Assembly (NCBI RefSeq): GCF_964355755.1
Contig: NC_092671.1
Span: forward strand, 35,970,304 to 36,034,303
Reading direction: 5' to 3'
Source of the DNA: Antedon mediterranea
Lineage: Eukaryota > Animalia > Echinodermata
DNA length: 64,000 nucleotides
The notes under the pieces are model-generated. The model worked only from the letters and a program-made list of their open reading frames with translations. It was not told the DNA's origin and searched no databases. Of this stretch, positions 1 to 13,072 are shown piece by piece. The position numbers and the translations under genes are program-made. Position 1 is the stretch's first letter, and every line of letters begins with the position of its first letter.

Positions 1-245
1 AATGTTTTTCAGGGTCGTTAACACTTTGAAAGAAAAATTTTAAAGAAATGTGGTTTGGAATTGGGAGAAAATATTTATTTAAATAAACACTTTTAAATTG
101 TGTTCAGAATAAGTTAAACCAGAAAATATTTCCATTTTATTATTTTTTTTGGAATTTTTTGTTAATCCGGACTTTTTTATGTTTGTCAGGGTCGTTAACA
201 TTTTGAAAGAGAAATTTTAATGTGGTTTGGAATTGGGAAAAAAAC
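1..245. repeat. End of a ~179-bp tandem repeat entering from the left window edge
   Basis: atgtttttcagggtcgttaacactttgaaaga...tgtggtttggaattggga at 1-70 recurs with few changes at ~180-243. Confidence 0.6.
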
Positions 246-1045
246 AACAAACAATACTGGGGGCTTGGCTGTCTATTTCCTGGTCTAGTAATTGGTTTGA
301 TACAACAATATACACAATTCAAAGTTTCAGACAGCCACATAATTAGGATACAACCAAACAACCAATTACTCAAACAAGTCAACAACCACTACAAAGATGG
401 TGTCACTGAAAGGAACTATAAAAGATAGTTTAATAAGAGAGAGAACATTAAGGAGGCATTACATAAATATTGTCTCATCAACTTTGTTTGTTTGCAGACA
501 TCAACAAAAGCTTAATTCTACTAGGCGCCTTGTCATCATTGATAAAATTCTAGCAACAATTTTAATTGTTCGTTTCATGCAAATTCCACAAGTAATACAT
601 TTTCTATTTGATCTTAGAAGTAACTGTACATTTCTTATATATGGGATTTTTTATAGTATTTTTCGTGGCAAAATCTATAAATCAACAATTGCTAAGTTCG
701 CAAAAAGTTTTAGCACCCGGAACTGCTTGTACCAAAGAAACTTCTTCCAATCTTTGCTGAACACGAAAACGCCACTGGATAGAAATTGAAATTTTGCATA
801 GCATTTGAAAATCACACAATGACATTGATATAGGTACTGTAATTACATATGGTTTTGTTATGTAATAACCCATTGTATAGACCAAGGTAATCAAATATAC
901 AGTTCTTCTCATTAACATAGTCTATCATGGTAAAGATAGAACAAATAATCCAAACACATCAGAAACCACTACAAAGAGGTAGGTGAATAAAATTAAGAAC
1001 TTTTTGACAGGCACTGTCAATGAAAAAGCAGTATATACAAACTAT

Positions 1046-1205
1046 AGCTCTGTCTACACTATCAAACTTTATGCGACAAAAAAAATGTAATGTGCTCATA
1101 TGGACAAGATAATGTCATATCACTTCCATATTTGGAAATATCACTACCATATTTGTCCACATCACACTTTTTTTGTCAAACTAGTGTGATAGTGTAGACA
1201 GAGCT
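1046..1205. mobile_element. MITE family A (PIF/Harbinger-like, ~160 bp)
   Basis: TIRs agctctgtctacactatca / tgatagtgtagacagagct; internal cactaccatatttgg repeats; about 11 copies in the window. Confidence 0.85.
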
Positions 1206-1208
1206 TAA

Positions 1209-1316
1209 GTCTCATTTACACTTGTTCACCTACCATTAGATAAATACTATCTGTCAGTTATTTGTTTGTTTTATATTGATTAAGTGTTAAATGACACAAA
1301 CAAATGTAAATGGGCC
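1209..1316. mobile_element. Small Harbinger-like MITE abutting MITE A
   Basis: gtctcatttacacttgt ... acaaatgtaaatgggcc imperfect TIRs, TAA on both sides. Confidence 0.55.
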
Positions 1317-3182
1317 TAAAGGTAATTAAGTCAAATTGAGCTAGGTTTAACTTGTGTGTTAAATACTACATGAAGTACTTACCATTTATTTCTACAGGGT
1401 CAGATGTTTCTATATTTAATATTTGTTCATAATCATTTTACCAGGGCTATTTTACCAACACCATACATCATGTTTTTAACATATCTATCATGTATAATTA
1501 TCAAGTAATTTCCTTTTTCTTTTTAAGGCATTTTATAATTAATTAACTTGTCCTCTTAATTACATTAATTTATAAATAAGAAATTATAGAAACATATAAT
1601 GAACTAAGTTTGATACTGTGATGGCAAAAAATACAAAGATGCAAATTAAAGAAGGGAAGATATTCATTACATATGGACAGTAGGGAAGGATGAACTACTA
1701 AAGCAAGATAATTTGTTTTTTCACAACACACAAAACTAATACAGTGAGCTTACATTAGCTCGCTGTAATTATTACCCCGTTCTTTTAGGTGTGGTACTGT
1801 TCTACAAGTAGTGGAACTTTAAGTCTGCTGGCTACATGCTTACCTTTTTATTTCAATCCGACAATGTTAATATTCATCAAGTCTCAACATTTTGGGAAAC
1901 TATATCCTTCAAATAAAGAATAAATCCTATCTGTAATACCACTTAATAGAAATCCGTTAAATATGTATTGACTTAAGTGAAATGAGAAAAGGGAATGTAA
2001 ATTAAGCTCAATTGGTGGTGACTATTGCTCCTAAGTCCAAATCATGCCTCTTGTAAGTAAATCTGGATTTTTCACCAAAATATCACCATTATTTAAAACA
2101 AATATTTGTTGTAAACAAACTACGGTACTGCTTAAACATGTGTGTTTGGTTTATAAAGTGAATAGGAGATTTGGAGCGTGACAATTTAACTTAGAGGATT
2201 TGAAAAGGGATTTGCGGCCGATACCTGTCAAAGAAAGTTTGACTTTTATATACCATGCCTGGTATTTCATCAGTGGGTACACTGACGTACATTAAAGATT
2301 AGCAAGTAATAGCACTATTCAATGTTGTCAATGAACTCGGTATAAAGTTAAGTACTTGAACTAACTCTGTCTAAATTGTCTGGTTAAGTTACATATGTAT
2401 TAGTTTACAAAAATCAGTCATCACATAATTATGTTTTTATGTATTTCCCTATAAAATATTAATGTTTATATTTATTGCCAACTACAGTCCTTCATTGTAC
2501 ATAGAGTTAATGACAGGATACAATATGTTTAAAAAACTACATTAAATGTCAAATTTCACTTTTCTCCCATGTCCTAAACTATTTATAGTGGGCAAATGGT
2601 CAAGTCGGCACATTTACAATACCACATACAGTAGAGGTATAGATCATTGTATGTTATACACACAGCTGTATGACAGTATTGTACAGTAAAGTGCTTAGCC
2701 TATTGTCAAGTACTAAATTAGGGTGAAGTCAATTTATCGGTCTAGTTAGGAAAATGGACTAAAGCTATTAAAATAGTATAACTATATCTCGTACTCAAAT
2801 GAATGGACTATAATGCTGTATAAGTCAATCGGATTTACAATGTTCTTTAAATGCTTTGATCATAACAAATTTATAAGACACTCATTAATAATCCTAGATT
2901 ATCCTCCCTTTCATTAATCCTTTGTGCAATCTATTATTAGTGTTCAAGAGTGATTTAGGCATTCAAGAAGTCAATTGTCTGTAATTTCTATAGTACCTAA
3001 CTGTTCCTTATCATCATTCACCTTTTATACATGATTTAAACTTTGTACAGAAACTTTCACTATACATTACAGTAAAACTGTTTCTTTGTGAAACCTCTAT
3101 TAAACTTACCTATAAAAACAGCAATGAATGTTTTAACACCAGGGCCAACCCCTATTATAATTCAGGGGTATAACCCCTATTA

Positions 3183-3363
3183 AGAATCTTTGACACCTGT
3201 ATCGGGGCTGTATCGGCACGGTTCCTGTACAACGAATCGAGCGTCAATGTTTCGTTTAAACACGATGCTCCACGCGGCTATGCGCCAATCGATATGTGCG
3301 TAGCCAGTGACGTAAAAACAAAAGATGGACCAGAATCGTGCCGGAACAGGTGTGAAAGACCCT
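3183..3363. mobile_element. Harbinger-like MITE
   Basis: TIRs agaatctttgacacctgt / acaggtgtgaaagaccct; TTA on both sides; CpG-rich interior in CpG-poor surroundings. Confidence 0.7.
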
Positions 3364-4437
3364 TTAAGATGACACTGAAACTGAATCAGTTTAGTTCTAC
3401 TGTCTGTTATACTGTACACTATCATACACATTGCCTCCATGTCACTTTTTAATTTTACATTTCAATTAATCTTATAATGTTAATTATGCAAAGCCAATTA
3501 AGCAATTCTTTGTTCTTAGCTGTCACGTAAAATTGTCAACATCTTCAAAATTGAATAATTTATGCAAGCTAATTTACTCAGCAACAATTTTCTGCTCTAT
3601 TTGCTGTTGTTTTGTTAACTTTTTCATAGCTTTTTGACCTTTGTCACTAATAAACATTTAAACTAACCTACAAAAAAATATATTTATATATTTCAGTACT
3701 TTGATAAGTGTCGCCACAATAAATAAAGTATTGCGGGATTTAGCAAGAAAAGGGAACAATATATTATGTTCAAGCCACTGGGTTGTCAAAAAAAAAGGCC
3801 TCCAAGAAAAATTGGTCAGGTTTAAGCCTTACCAACCGTACTGGTGGCTACAGCCAGAATACAGATACTAAACTGTATAGCATTATCAGCTATTATTAAG
3901 ATGAATGTGTTTGTCTATTTATGGACTACTTCTAACAATTTACAGTTATAGTAAATACTAAATGACATTTCCTTAAATACAATGTCAATAATAATTCATT
4001 GTATACAGTAATTGACAAATTATTGCCATACAAATCTGACAGTGACACACAAAATACAGCTTATTTTATGTGAACATTTTCCTCTATGACATTGACAGTA
4101 CAATAAATGACATTGTTATTTAGCTAATACAATAATATAGTTCAAGTTGAAACCAAGCTAACTTGCTATTAGTTTTAATTTGGTTTAAATGTATTATTGT
4201 AATGACAAACATTTTATACAGGATGACAGAGATTACATTTGGAGACAAACAAGGTAATAAGAACTGTCCCAAGTGAACGAAGCTCAATATTTAGAAAAAG
4301 GTATTTGAATATATTTAAAAAAAGTGGTTTATTACTCATATTATATTAATCAGAGCTTTTCAACAGAAAATAGTATGAATAAGTTTTTACAAGCATATTT
4401 TTTTTTTTCTGGTGTTATTAAATTAATTAATTACTAA

Positions 4438-4577
4438 AGCTTTGTCAGTGTCTACACTATAAAACTTTATGTGTCAAAAACAATGCCCATATATGGACAT
4501 GATGATGTCATATCACTACCATATTTAAGCACATCACACCTTTTTTGTCAAACTAGTTTGGTAGTGTAGACAGTGCT
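4438..4577. mobile_element. MITE family A copy
   Basis: Same TIRs and internal motif as 1046-1205. Confidence 0.8.
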
Positions 4578-4923
4578 TTAGCCTGTATCATATTAAAATT
4601 TACAATTGAATTATTTAATTTTATTTTTAAAGTTTATTTAATTCTGTGTCCTATAATAGATAACAATTACACAAATAACAATGAAAAGTAACGCATGGGT
4701 GGATTTTCCCACTACTGTAAGTATTGCATCAATGTACGAAAAATACAAAATATTAAAAGTAACCATGACAACAAAATAACAGACCTACAGTATACAGTAT
4801 TCAATAATAAGGTAAAGAGCCCAATTTTGCTACACAGAATATTATCATAATTTCTACTTTTGTTGTTGTCTATCATTAAAATAAAAACACTTTGATAGAT
4901 ATTGTTTGTGTACGACTACTGTA

Positions 4924-5240
4924 AGGGTATGTTTAGACCCATGGAGAGAAAGTGCAATGTCATATTATAATTACCAGATTTGCTTTACTAATGCTTTTGT
5001 TTGAAACTGTGTCACCGATTTGGGCAAACATCTGGTATGCAGGAGTAAATTGACGGATGACTTTCGTATCGTAAGGGTTGTTCAATAATCTTGTACCTTG
5101 AGCAGTCATAACGAACGAAAGATCAGTGTTGTACAAAGTGGCTTCCACTAATCTTTTCTTGGTTCAGACCTATAGAGCTGTACCCTACATATGTACAATT
5201 ACAATACGAAAGCATAACTCTGTAGGTCTGAACAGGCCCT
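4924..5240. mobile_element. Harbinger-like MITE (family E); second copy inverted at 53748-54090
   Basis: TIRs agggtatgtttagacc / ggtctgaacaggccct; interior matches the reverse complement of 53748-54090. Confidence 0.7.
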
Positions 5241-5318
5241 CAATCTGTCTTTGCCTTATTAAAGCAGAACCCCAGCACTAATTACTTGCATATGTCATTA
5301 CAGTATAAATACTATTAA

Positions 5319-6931
5319 AGGGGGATTCTGGGTTTAAAATTGCTTTTAAATATCGTTTATTTATTAAATAAAAAATATTATAACAATATAGACATGTCAG
5401 AATGACGAAGTAATAACGAGAAATTAAAAAAATTAAATTTCATATACATTTTAGGGTAAATTCATGGAAAGTCTGTTTTTCAGCAGCTTGGGGAAGCTCA
5501 TTAATATTCATGAGATATTCACAAAATCACGTCATCAGTGGATTACAAACTCGCGACGTCAAGCTTGTACGTTGTGTTCTCTCTCCTCTGTCAAACGACG
5601 ACCACCCGATCATTGTGAAATACATTTTTTGTAGATTTGCTAAGCTAGGCCTAAAGTGTAATAATAACAGTAGTAGCATATATTTATTTGACATTTAATG
5701 AAATACAAAATTTAGTACAGATTACGGAGTCATAAATTATACTATTTTTATACCTTGAATTAATAGTACAGATCGTATATCGGCTTCACGTACTAGGCTA
5801 GGCCTAGCCTAAATCATTTTATTCATGCCGGGGTGAGAGCCATTTCTGACTAGGGATTCCATGCCACGATGGCTACGTTAAAACATTGGGGCCATCATTC
5901 ATGGGCCTAGCTAGCCTATTATTACTAAACGATTGGCCCATCAATAACAAAACTCAGTGGATTCCAAACCCATCCTATCAACCAAACTCCTAAACAATCT
6001 AAACCTAAAACGTTCTACAAAAATCGGCTGTAAATATTGAGGCAAAACAAGGTCCGATCGCCGTCCGCACGTATGGTGTCCCGATCGTCTAATAAGTAGG
6101 CCTAGTTTACTCTTCAAAAAAGCGGATACTGCATCAAGCAAGTAGACCGGTAGTAGGAAGGAGGCCTAGCCTAGCTGATCCGGCCCAGTTAAAAATTGAG
6201 CTAGCTAGTGTAGTAGACCCTATGCGAATTGATACTACCAGGCCTTTTACTATAGGCTACACTTGTTAAAATTAGCAATACTGTACTTATGTTTGCAAAT
6301 ATTCCAACTCTCTCATTCGAGCTATATTATCTATACCATTCCGGTAGGTTGAGTCGACCTTCAATCAAATACTGTACATCGTTCATGTTGTGATTATAGA
6401 CGGGGTATACTCGACCCGACCAGTTTGGTATTGTATACTGTATCTGCTTATCACGTGACGATGCCAGGCATGGGCAGAGAGAGCACGTGTATCGTCGTCT
6501 CGCTCTCCTCGCTCAGCAGGAATGTATACGTTACGCTTCATTGATTTTGAAGGCTTTCCCTAAGTCAGTGCGAAAATCGGCAAACGTAAAGTGCAAACTT
6601 TTCTAATTTTTCACTGTTTTGATGGATTTTCATAGAAAATTGACTTTATAAATGGGAAGACCGACTAAAATTACATCAGATAAGTATAATTTTACAAAAG
6701 TAATTGATATGGTTAATGATAACGAGTCGTCGGAAGATTGACCATTTCACGAATTTCCTATTCTGTAACCACAGTGTGATTTTGCCGTAGCTGCACTTGT
6801 AATCTGGCCTCATTTCACAGCCTTCGTTCTGCTTCACTGGGCGCTTATATAAATTGAAACTTTTACCGTTCAAGAGACAAACAAATATATTTTACATTTT
6901 TTACTATTCATTTTAAACCCGGAACCCCCCT
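5319..6931. mobile_element. Non-autonomous Kolobok-type DNA transposon (~1.6 kb)
   Basis: TTAA at 5315-5318 and 6932-6935; TIRs agggggattctgggtttaaaat / attttaaacccggaacccccct; RR..YY ends plus TTAA TSD fit Kolobok; no intact ORF. Confidence 0.8.
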
Positions 6932-7361
6932 TTAAGTAGAAACAAAACATCAGAGTACAGATCTTGTTGGTAAGTAAAGAATGTAGAGGCTACTGCTACC
7001 TATAAAATTCAACATAAATCATCTTATTTACTAAAAGCAGCACAATACATATAATAAACAATAACACAGTAAAGGTTATGCTACAAAAATCAAAGGTTAC
7101 TCATAAATTTCACAGATTTCAAAGGTTCTTCAGAATTTCTAAAGATGAGACTATCAATTGAATCCAATTTTCCAGGTCAGTCAAAATGGAATGTGAATTT
7201 ACTGCTCCAATGCTGCAGTTAGCAATTCCAGATGGAGAAGGCTTGTTGTATCAAAGAAATTCCAAACAGTTTTAACAAGACATTTTTCTTCTAAAAAACA
7301 CTACTCATCTGACAATAACTAACGTCATGCATCTCAATATTTATCAGCAAATGTTTTCATA

Positions 7362-8188
7362 GGCCCTGTTTCTGCTGCCAACTAAATACCGTATATTATA
7401 CGGTATTTTTTTAAAACCGTATATATACGGTATATTTTTGGCAGCAGAAACTGCGCTCATAAAAAATATACCGTATTTTGTATACCGTATTTTCCCCACA
7501 AAATTTGTGGATAAAATACGGTATTTACAAATTTATACCGTATTTTTTGTTCCCGTTTCTGCTGCCAATAAAAAATACCGTATTTTTTTTTTACATGACA
7601 AAAGGTCAACATTCGTGTTTTTATTTTCTGTCGCTGTCAGCTGTTTTACACACGTGTAGGCTATATATATATTCGGCGAAAATGTGGAGCGAAGACGTCA
7701 CAGTTTTACTAAATAAATTTTTGTGGGGAAGCTAAAATGTCTGGCCAACTAAAAGGTAATAAAATGGACAACCACATTTATAAAGACATTTCTAAAAAAA
7801 TAAAGCAGGAGTATGGAATAGACTTGTCTCCAAAGCAAGTAAACTCAAAGCTGAAGAGCCTGCGAAAGCAGTACAACATTGCAAAATACAATAACTCGGG
7901 GAGGGAACGAATTAATTGTCCCCATTACGATGTTTTCTGTGCTCTCACAACATCTCTATCACTAGGGCTAGGCTGTTGAAAGTGAGACGTAAAACTTCCT
8001 TATTGCGACTTTTAATTATCGATCAAATAAATGAATGGCAATTTGGGTAAAAAAGATGAAATTTAACACGACCACCCAAGAAGTATTGTTAGCAGAAACG
8101 GGGTACTAAAAAATACGGTATAAAAAATACCGTATTTTATACCGTATTTTTATACCGTATTTTGAGCAGTTACAGCAGAAACAGGCCC
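7362..8188 (+). mobile_element. Internally deleted PIF/Harbinger element with subterminal aaataccgta/tacggtattt repeats
   Basis: TIRs ggccctgtttctgctg / cagcagaaacaggccc; 3-bp ATA duplication; contains a Myb/SANT-like remnant. Confidence 0.85.
7682..7979 (+). pseudogene. Frameshifted Myb/SANT-like (trihelix, MSANTD-type) DNA-binding protein of Harbinger
   Basis: MWSEDVTVLL (frameshift) GEAKMSGQLKGNKMDNHIYKDISKKIKQEYGIDLSPKQVNSKLKSLRKQY...SGRERINCPHYD follows the W...Y..I...G....Q...K...L...Y...SG...CP.Y pattern. Confidence 0.75.
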
Positions 8189-11100
8189 ATAGACTCTCTT
8201 TTCCCAGACATGATTTGGAGTGTGCGCATGTGCCCAGTCCGAGTTTCCAAACACCCATTTTTTCAGCCGTGTAGTAAACTAAAAGCTACCGCATGGTAAC
8301 TGTTTCCCAATGCTTCTGTTCTCTTGAATGTAACTGCCTAAAGGAACGGCACGAAAACCTTAAGAGTTACCATAATGAGAAATATTATTTTAAACCAAAA
8401 CCAACCCGGGAACATGAACTATACCATTTGTGGAAAATTTCTACTTTTCAAGTTACAACTCGCTCTTCGAGGTGAAAGGGCTATTGTCGGTTTATCCAGG
8501 TATGCTAGGCATGAAATAGACATTATAAACAAAACCAATCACTTGCTTATTTTGTTAGGCAAAAAATAATGAAAAAACAGTCAATAAACAAAAAAGAAAC
8601 TTATATTAAATCTAGTACATACTTGATTCTCCACTGGTGTCCAGGTAATTAGTGTACTACAAATTTGTATACAAAGGTTAAAATACTAAGAAAATCTGTA
8701 AAAACAAAGCATATTGGGCCTTGTTTTGTTAGCCAGCCAATATCCAACCACGAAGTGCATTCTGATAAAACTTAAACCTAAAATAAAATGCTCTTGCCTC
8801 TGGCTAGACAAGCCCCAGGTGGATTCAAAGATAACTCATAATAACCTATTGACCGCTTTCACCTAATATGACATCTCATCATCACTGACCGTTGTCTGCA
8901 GGTAATTGCACTCAGTACTGACCACTTTGACCGCTTTCCCTCAACCTGGTTAATCGGTAACAATAAATGTCTGTAAGTAATAATCAGGTATTGACCCAAT
9001 CAGGTATTGACCCAAGCTGGACTTCACATTCGCTGATAACTGTACACTCAACAATCTGTGCATCCTAATTTGAGCTACTAATTGCTGGAACCATCGATAT
9101 TGTTTCACCCAATCAGAAGATCTTAATCATTCACCAGGTAAGATACAAAGTACAGGTGTTATAGCTCAGGTAAAACAGCCGACACAGTACAGGTATCTTT
9201 TGACCAGGTGATATAGCATTAATTCATAAATGTCACATACAATCAACATGTCAGTCATTCAAGTCATATCCATCACAATTTACAATTTTTTTGAACCAAC
9301 AATTCCTATGACAGAAAAAGCACACACGTTGGTTTATATCAGCTCATTCCACTTGAAAGAATGTTCTTAATTTTATCTTGTTCCACTTCCAGGTACTTTA
9401 TTTTAATAAATTCAAGAATTGGGAAAATTACATTCCAATAGTACTTTTATCCAAATAAACATAAAAAATACCTAAAAATAGTTTACTATATCTTTGTAAC
9501 CATTGTATGTATTAGGAAGTTCTCTGAGATAAATATTATAAAATTTAATATTAGTTATTGATCATTTATTGTATTAAAATACACAATGCTAATACACTTA
9601 TAAATAAATATAAAATTGTTACAATAATCAAACGTGATTATCTTCATAATTCTTTATCTACAATGTATGAAAATGTTTAAAAGTAATAATAATATATATG
9701 AAAAGAAAGATAGGAAATTGAACTCTCAGCAGTCTAAAACAGGCATACCATGAGTCCAGGGGCACAAAAGTATAGCCTCCATGTTGTGGCCTACTTTTTA
9801 TTTTGTGAATTACCAATTGGCAACAGCAGGCTGATAACACCCAGACATAGAGATGCATCTCCCTTTAAAAAATGTTAACAGAAAGTACAATTTGTCAAGG
9901 TCATTAAAAAACTAGGCCAAAAATGCATTAAAATTAAATCTAGTTATACAATGGAAATAATAATTGTAGTGTGTGAAACATTTCGAATTTCCTAGAGGAG
10001 CAATTTGTGGATTTTGCAATACAGCAGGTGCAGAATGTCATTTTTTAAACAACCACGAATTTAGAAGAAACGCTTCTGTGATCACCCAGACAATAATAAT
10101 GAAATAAGACAGCAGAAATGTGTTTTAAAAGGAGTGAAATAATCGAATTGCATGGAGTATATTGCGCGGCAAAGTTTAAATATCAATCATGCTTTGGTAT
10201 CGTCACTACATGATTTCTAGGCTTCCAACCAGTGCGATGCATTGTTAGCCCACACTAACTGTTTGTAGTGCAGTCCAGTGCTTCACATTACTGAGTGCAG
10301 GCCTAAACGGAATTACTATTTTAGAGCATGTAGTTATACCAAATAAAAATATACTTGCAAACTTTATTAAGATGAACAAATGTTAAAATGTGTATGCAAT
10401 TTATATGATTCCTACCGTTTTCTACTTGTTCTTTAATCAGCCTCCTTAAAAGTCCATCTCAACTTATAACTCAAACAACTTTTCACCTATCATTTGTCAC
10501 TAACACGCCCTCAATCTATTCTAAAGCATCATTGGCTATTAAAAGTTGCTCATCACACCACTTTTTAACTATGTATCAATTGATTTTCACATCTTTATTT
10601 ATACGGATCTGGAATTTAAAGCTAATTTGAATTAAAAAACTATATATGTCACTACATTGATTCTTAATTTCTAAATTCATTTTCCCCTAAACATACCAAT
10701 AACACCATACCTATATGGTTTACTTTATATTAGAAATTTAATAATGTATGTAACATAGAAATGGGTAGAAACTTTCTTTTTCATAATAAACAGATGGAAA
10801 CGATCAAAAATGTGCGCGTGCCTGCGAAGACCACACCTGTTCTTTATCCATCAACCCTCTGTTGAAATTCCTTAGTAAATAATTAACTGTTCTTTAACAT
10901 ACAACAATATTAATGTCTCGTCTGTTGAAAGCGTCATAACTAGGTCCGTTCAGGTATCACAATTTACTATCATATAAAATGCTCTATAGCTTTAACCCTG
11001 GTTGTATCACGTCTTTAATAAGTTTAGCCTAATAGGCCTACAGTATTATAATTCGGTTTTCCAGAGTAGGCCAAGTTATAAAAGGCGGACTCAGTGTTCT

Positions 11101-11480
11101 TCGCAGACAATATCAACAAGGTTTTACAACCTCTTTTCGCGCCGCACTTTAGACAGTTATATTCAAGAGAACGGAATCACTAGGAAACAGTTAGGCCTGA
11201 TATGCGGTAGCTTATTTTAAACTAGCGATGAAGCAAACATAAATATATCACTGACGTTTGGAACAGAGCAAATAAACAACTTACTACAAAATAGTTATCT
11301 GAGCGGTAGGCTTATAGTTTACTATAGTTATACAGATTGCATTAAAGACCGCTGATGGCGAAACTTAAAGTTGTCGAAATGATGAAATAAACTCTTCCCA
11401 CACTTTTATAATTCTAAATAAAAAGAACGCATCTCATAACTATGTTCTTGTAAAATGTCAAATAACGTGTCTCAATTTAA

Positions 11481-11672
11481 AGCGAGCGACGCAACCAACG
11501 CAACGTAAGAAAATGCCCTTCCAATAATTGTGTTTTCCCCCGCCTGCGTGAAATCAAACTTGCGATTTTTGCAGCACCGTTGCGTCGTCGGTTCCCACTT
11601 GTGATTACGCAATACATCACTTTGCGTCGGATACGTCGCAGCGTTGCGTTCTAGTATAGTGGGAACCACGCT
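11481..11672 (-). mobile_element. MITE family B (Harbinger-like), inverted copy
   Basis: Reverse complement of 11676-11888; ends tagtgggaaccacgct then TTA; other end partly deleted. Confidence 0.8.
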
Positions 11673-11675
11673 TTA

Positions 11676-11888
11676 AGCGTTTCCCACTAGAACGCAACGC
11701 AACGTAACGCAGCGACGTATCGATGCAAAGTGTTGTATTGCGTGTAATCACAAGTGGGAACCGACGACGCGACAATGCTGCAAAGTCGGTTTGATTTCAC
11801 GCAGGCGGGGAAAAACACAATTATCGGAAGGGCATTTTCTTACGTTGCGTAGTTTGCGTTACGTTGCGTCGCTAGTGGGAACCAAGCT
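11676..11888 (+). mobile_element. MITE family B (Harbinger-like)
   Basis: TIRs agcgtttcccactag / ctagtgggaaccaagct; TTA on both sides. Confidence 0.85.
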
Positions 11889-12459
11889 TTACCTGGTGTT
11901 ACATCTATATTGAGCGCTGGGATCAGGCGCTCGGAAAGTACTCTATCCAACAACCAAAATGCAACATTGTAATTTTTTTTTCTAGAAAGTGAAATCTGAA
12001 CAATTTTAAAATAAGCATGTTGGTAATAAGAAAGGTGTGAACCGGATAATAACACAACACCTGGACACAGACACGTCGGGGAATTAAAAGGAAATAATGG
12101 ATTGGTTATTCATAAAAAAATACAGATACAGAAAAACAATATTATTACATACAGATGGAAGAGGATTTTAAATATGACACAAAGGCTATTACCACTTTTA
12201 TATTCTTTTTCTTATAAGGACATACTTTATTAATATTAGGAGATAATTATATTGATAATGATAATGTGCGTTCACACAAAGGCACAGCACATCCGTTTTA
12301 TATCAAATTATAGGTTCATGATTACACGTATGTGGTGGCGTAGTGTCTAGTTCACATGTGTAGGCGTAGTTTACGCAAGACTTACGTCAGTCACACGCCG
12401 TATGTGTGTTTTGCTTATAAATTCTTCAAAATTGTAATAAAACGAATTAAAATACATAA

Positions 12460-13072
12460 TGATAATGTTCTATTAATTGCTCCATAATTGTATATACATT
12501 ATCACCCATAATGCACCGGAGATGGCATCTTCTCTTGCATTTTAAACACGAATTAATTCCAACTGAACTGTATGTGATACGTGTTGGAAATACGCCGAAT
12601 CCGCTCAGTCGGTAGGCCTACAATCAAATCAAATGTTGTTGCTCCATAATATAAGGAGTCTGCTGTATAAAGGCATCTTCTCTTGAATTTTAAACTCGGA
12701 TTTATGACGCACTCTAGTACTGTACTGTATTTCCAAATGCATTTACACGATAATTAAGTGTGTAATGAATAAGCAGCGATCGAGTAAAACTGTAGGCCTA
12801 CAGGAGACTGTATTGCGTAACACAAAGAGAGGCGATAATGTTATATTAATTACTCCATAATTTTATATACATTATCGGCCGCCTACATTATCAGTGACCC
12901 CTAACGCACCGGAAATGGCATCTTCTCTTGCATTTTAAACACGAATTAATTCCAACTGAACTGTATGTGATACGTGTTGGAAATACACCGAATCCGCTCA
13001 GTCGGTAGGCCTACAATCAAATCAAATGTTGTTGCTCCATAATATAAGGAGTCTGCTGTATAAAGGCATCTA
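12460..13072. repeat. Local direct duplication (~230 bp near-identical, ~390 bp apart)
   Basis: gcaccgga.atggcatcttctcttgcattttaaacacg...ctgtataaaggcatct at ~12510-12680 and ~12905-13071. Confidence 0.85.

Noticed and set aside
397-789. 130-aa plus-strand ORF
   Set aside because: No recognisable domain or splice context; likely chance or the antisense of decayed sequence.
5319-6931. piggyBac assignment for the TTAA-flanked elements
   Set aside because: Their ends are AG/AA..CT/TT rather than the CC(C/T)..(A/G)GG ends of piggyBac, which fits Kolobok better.
8189-8486. Possible Academ-like MITE (atagactctcttttc ... gaaagggctattg) next to the Harbinger derivative
   Set aside because: The TIR match is too short and degenerate and no TSD could be confirmed.
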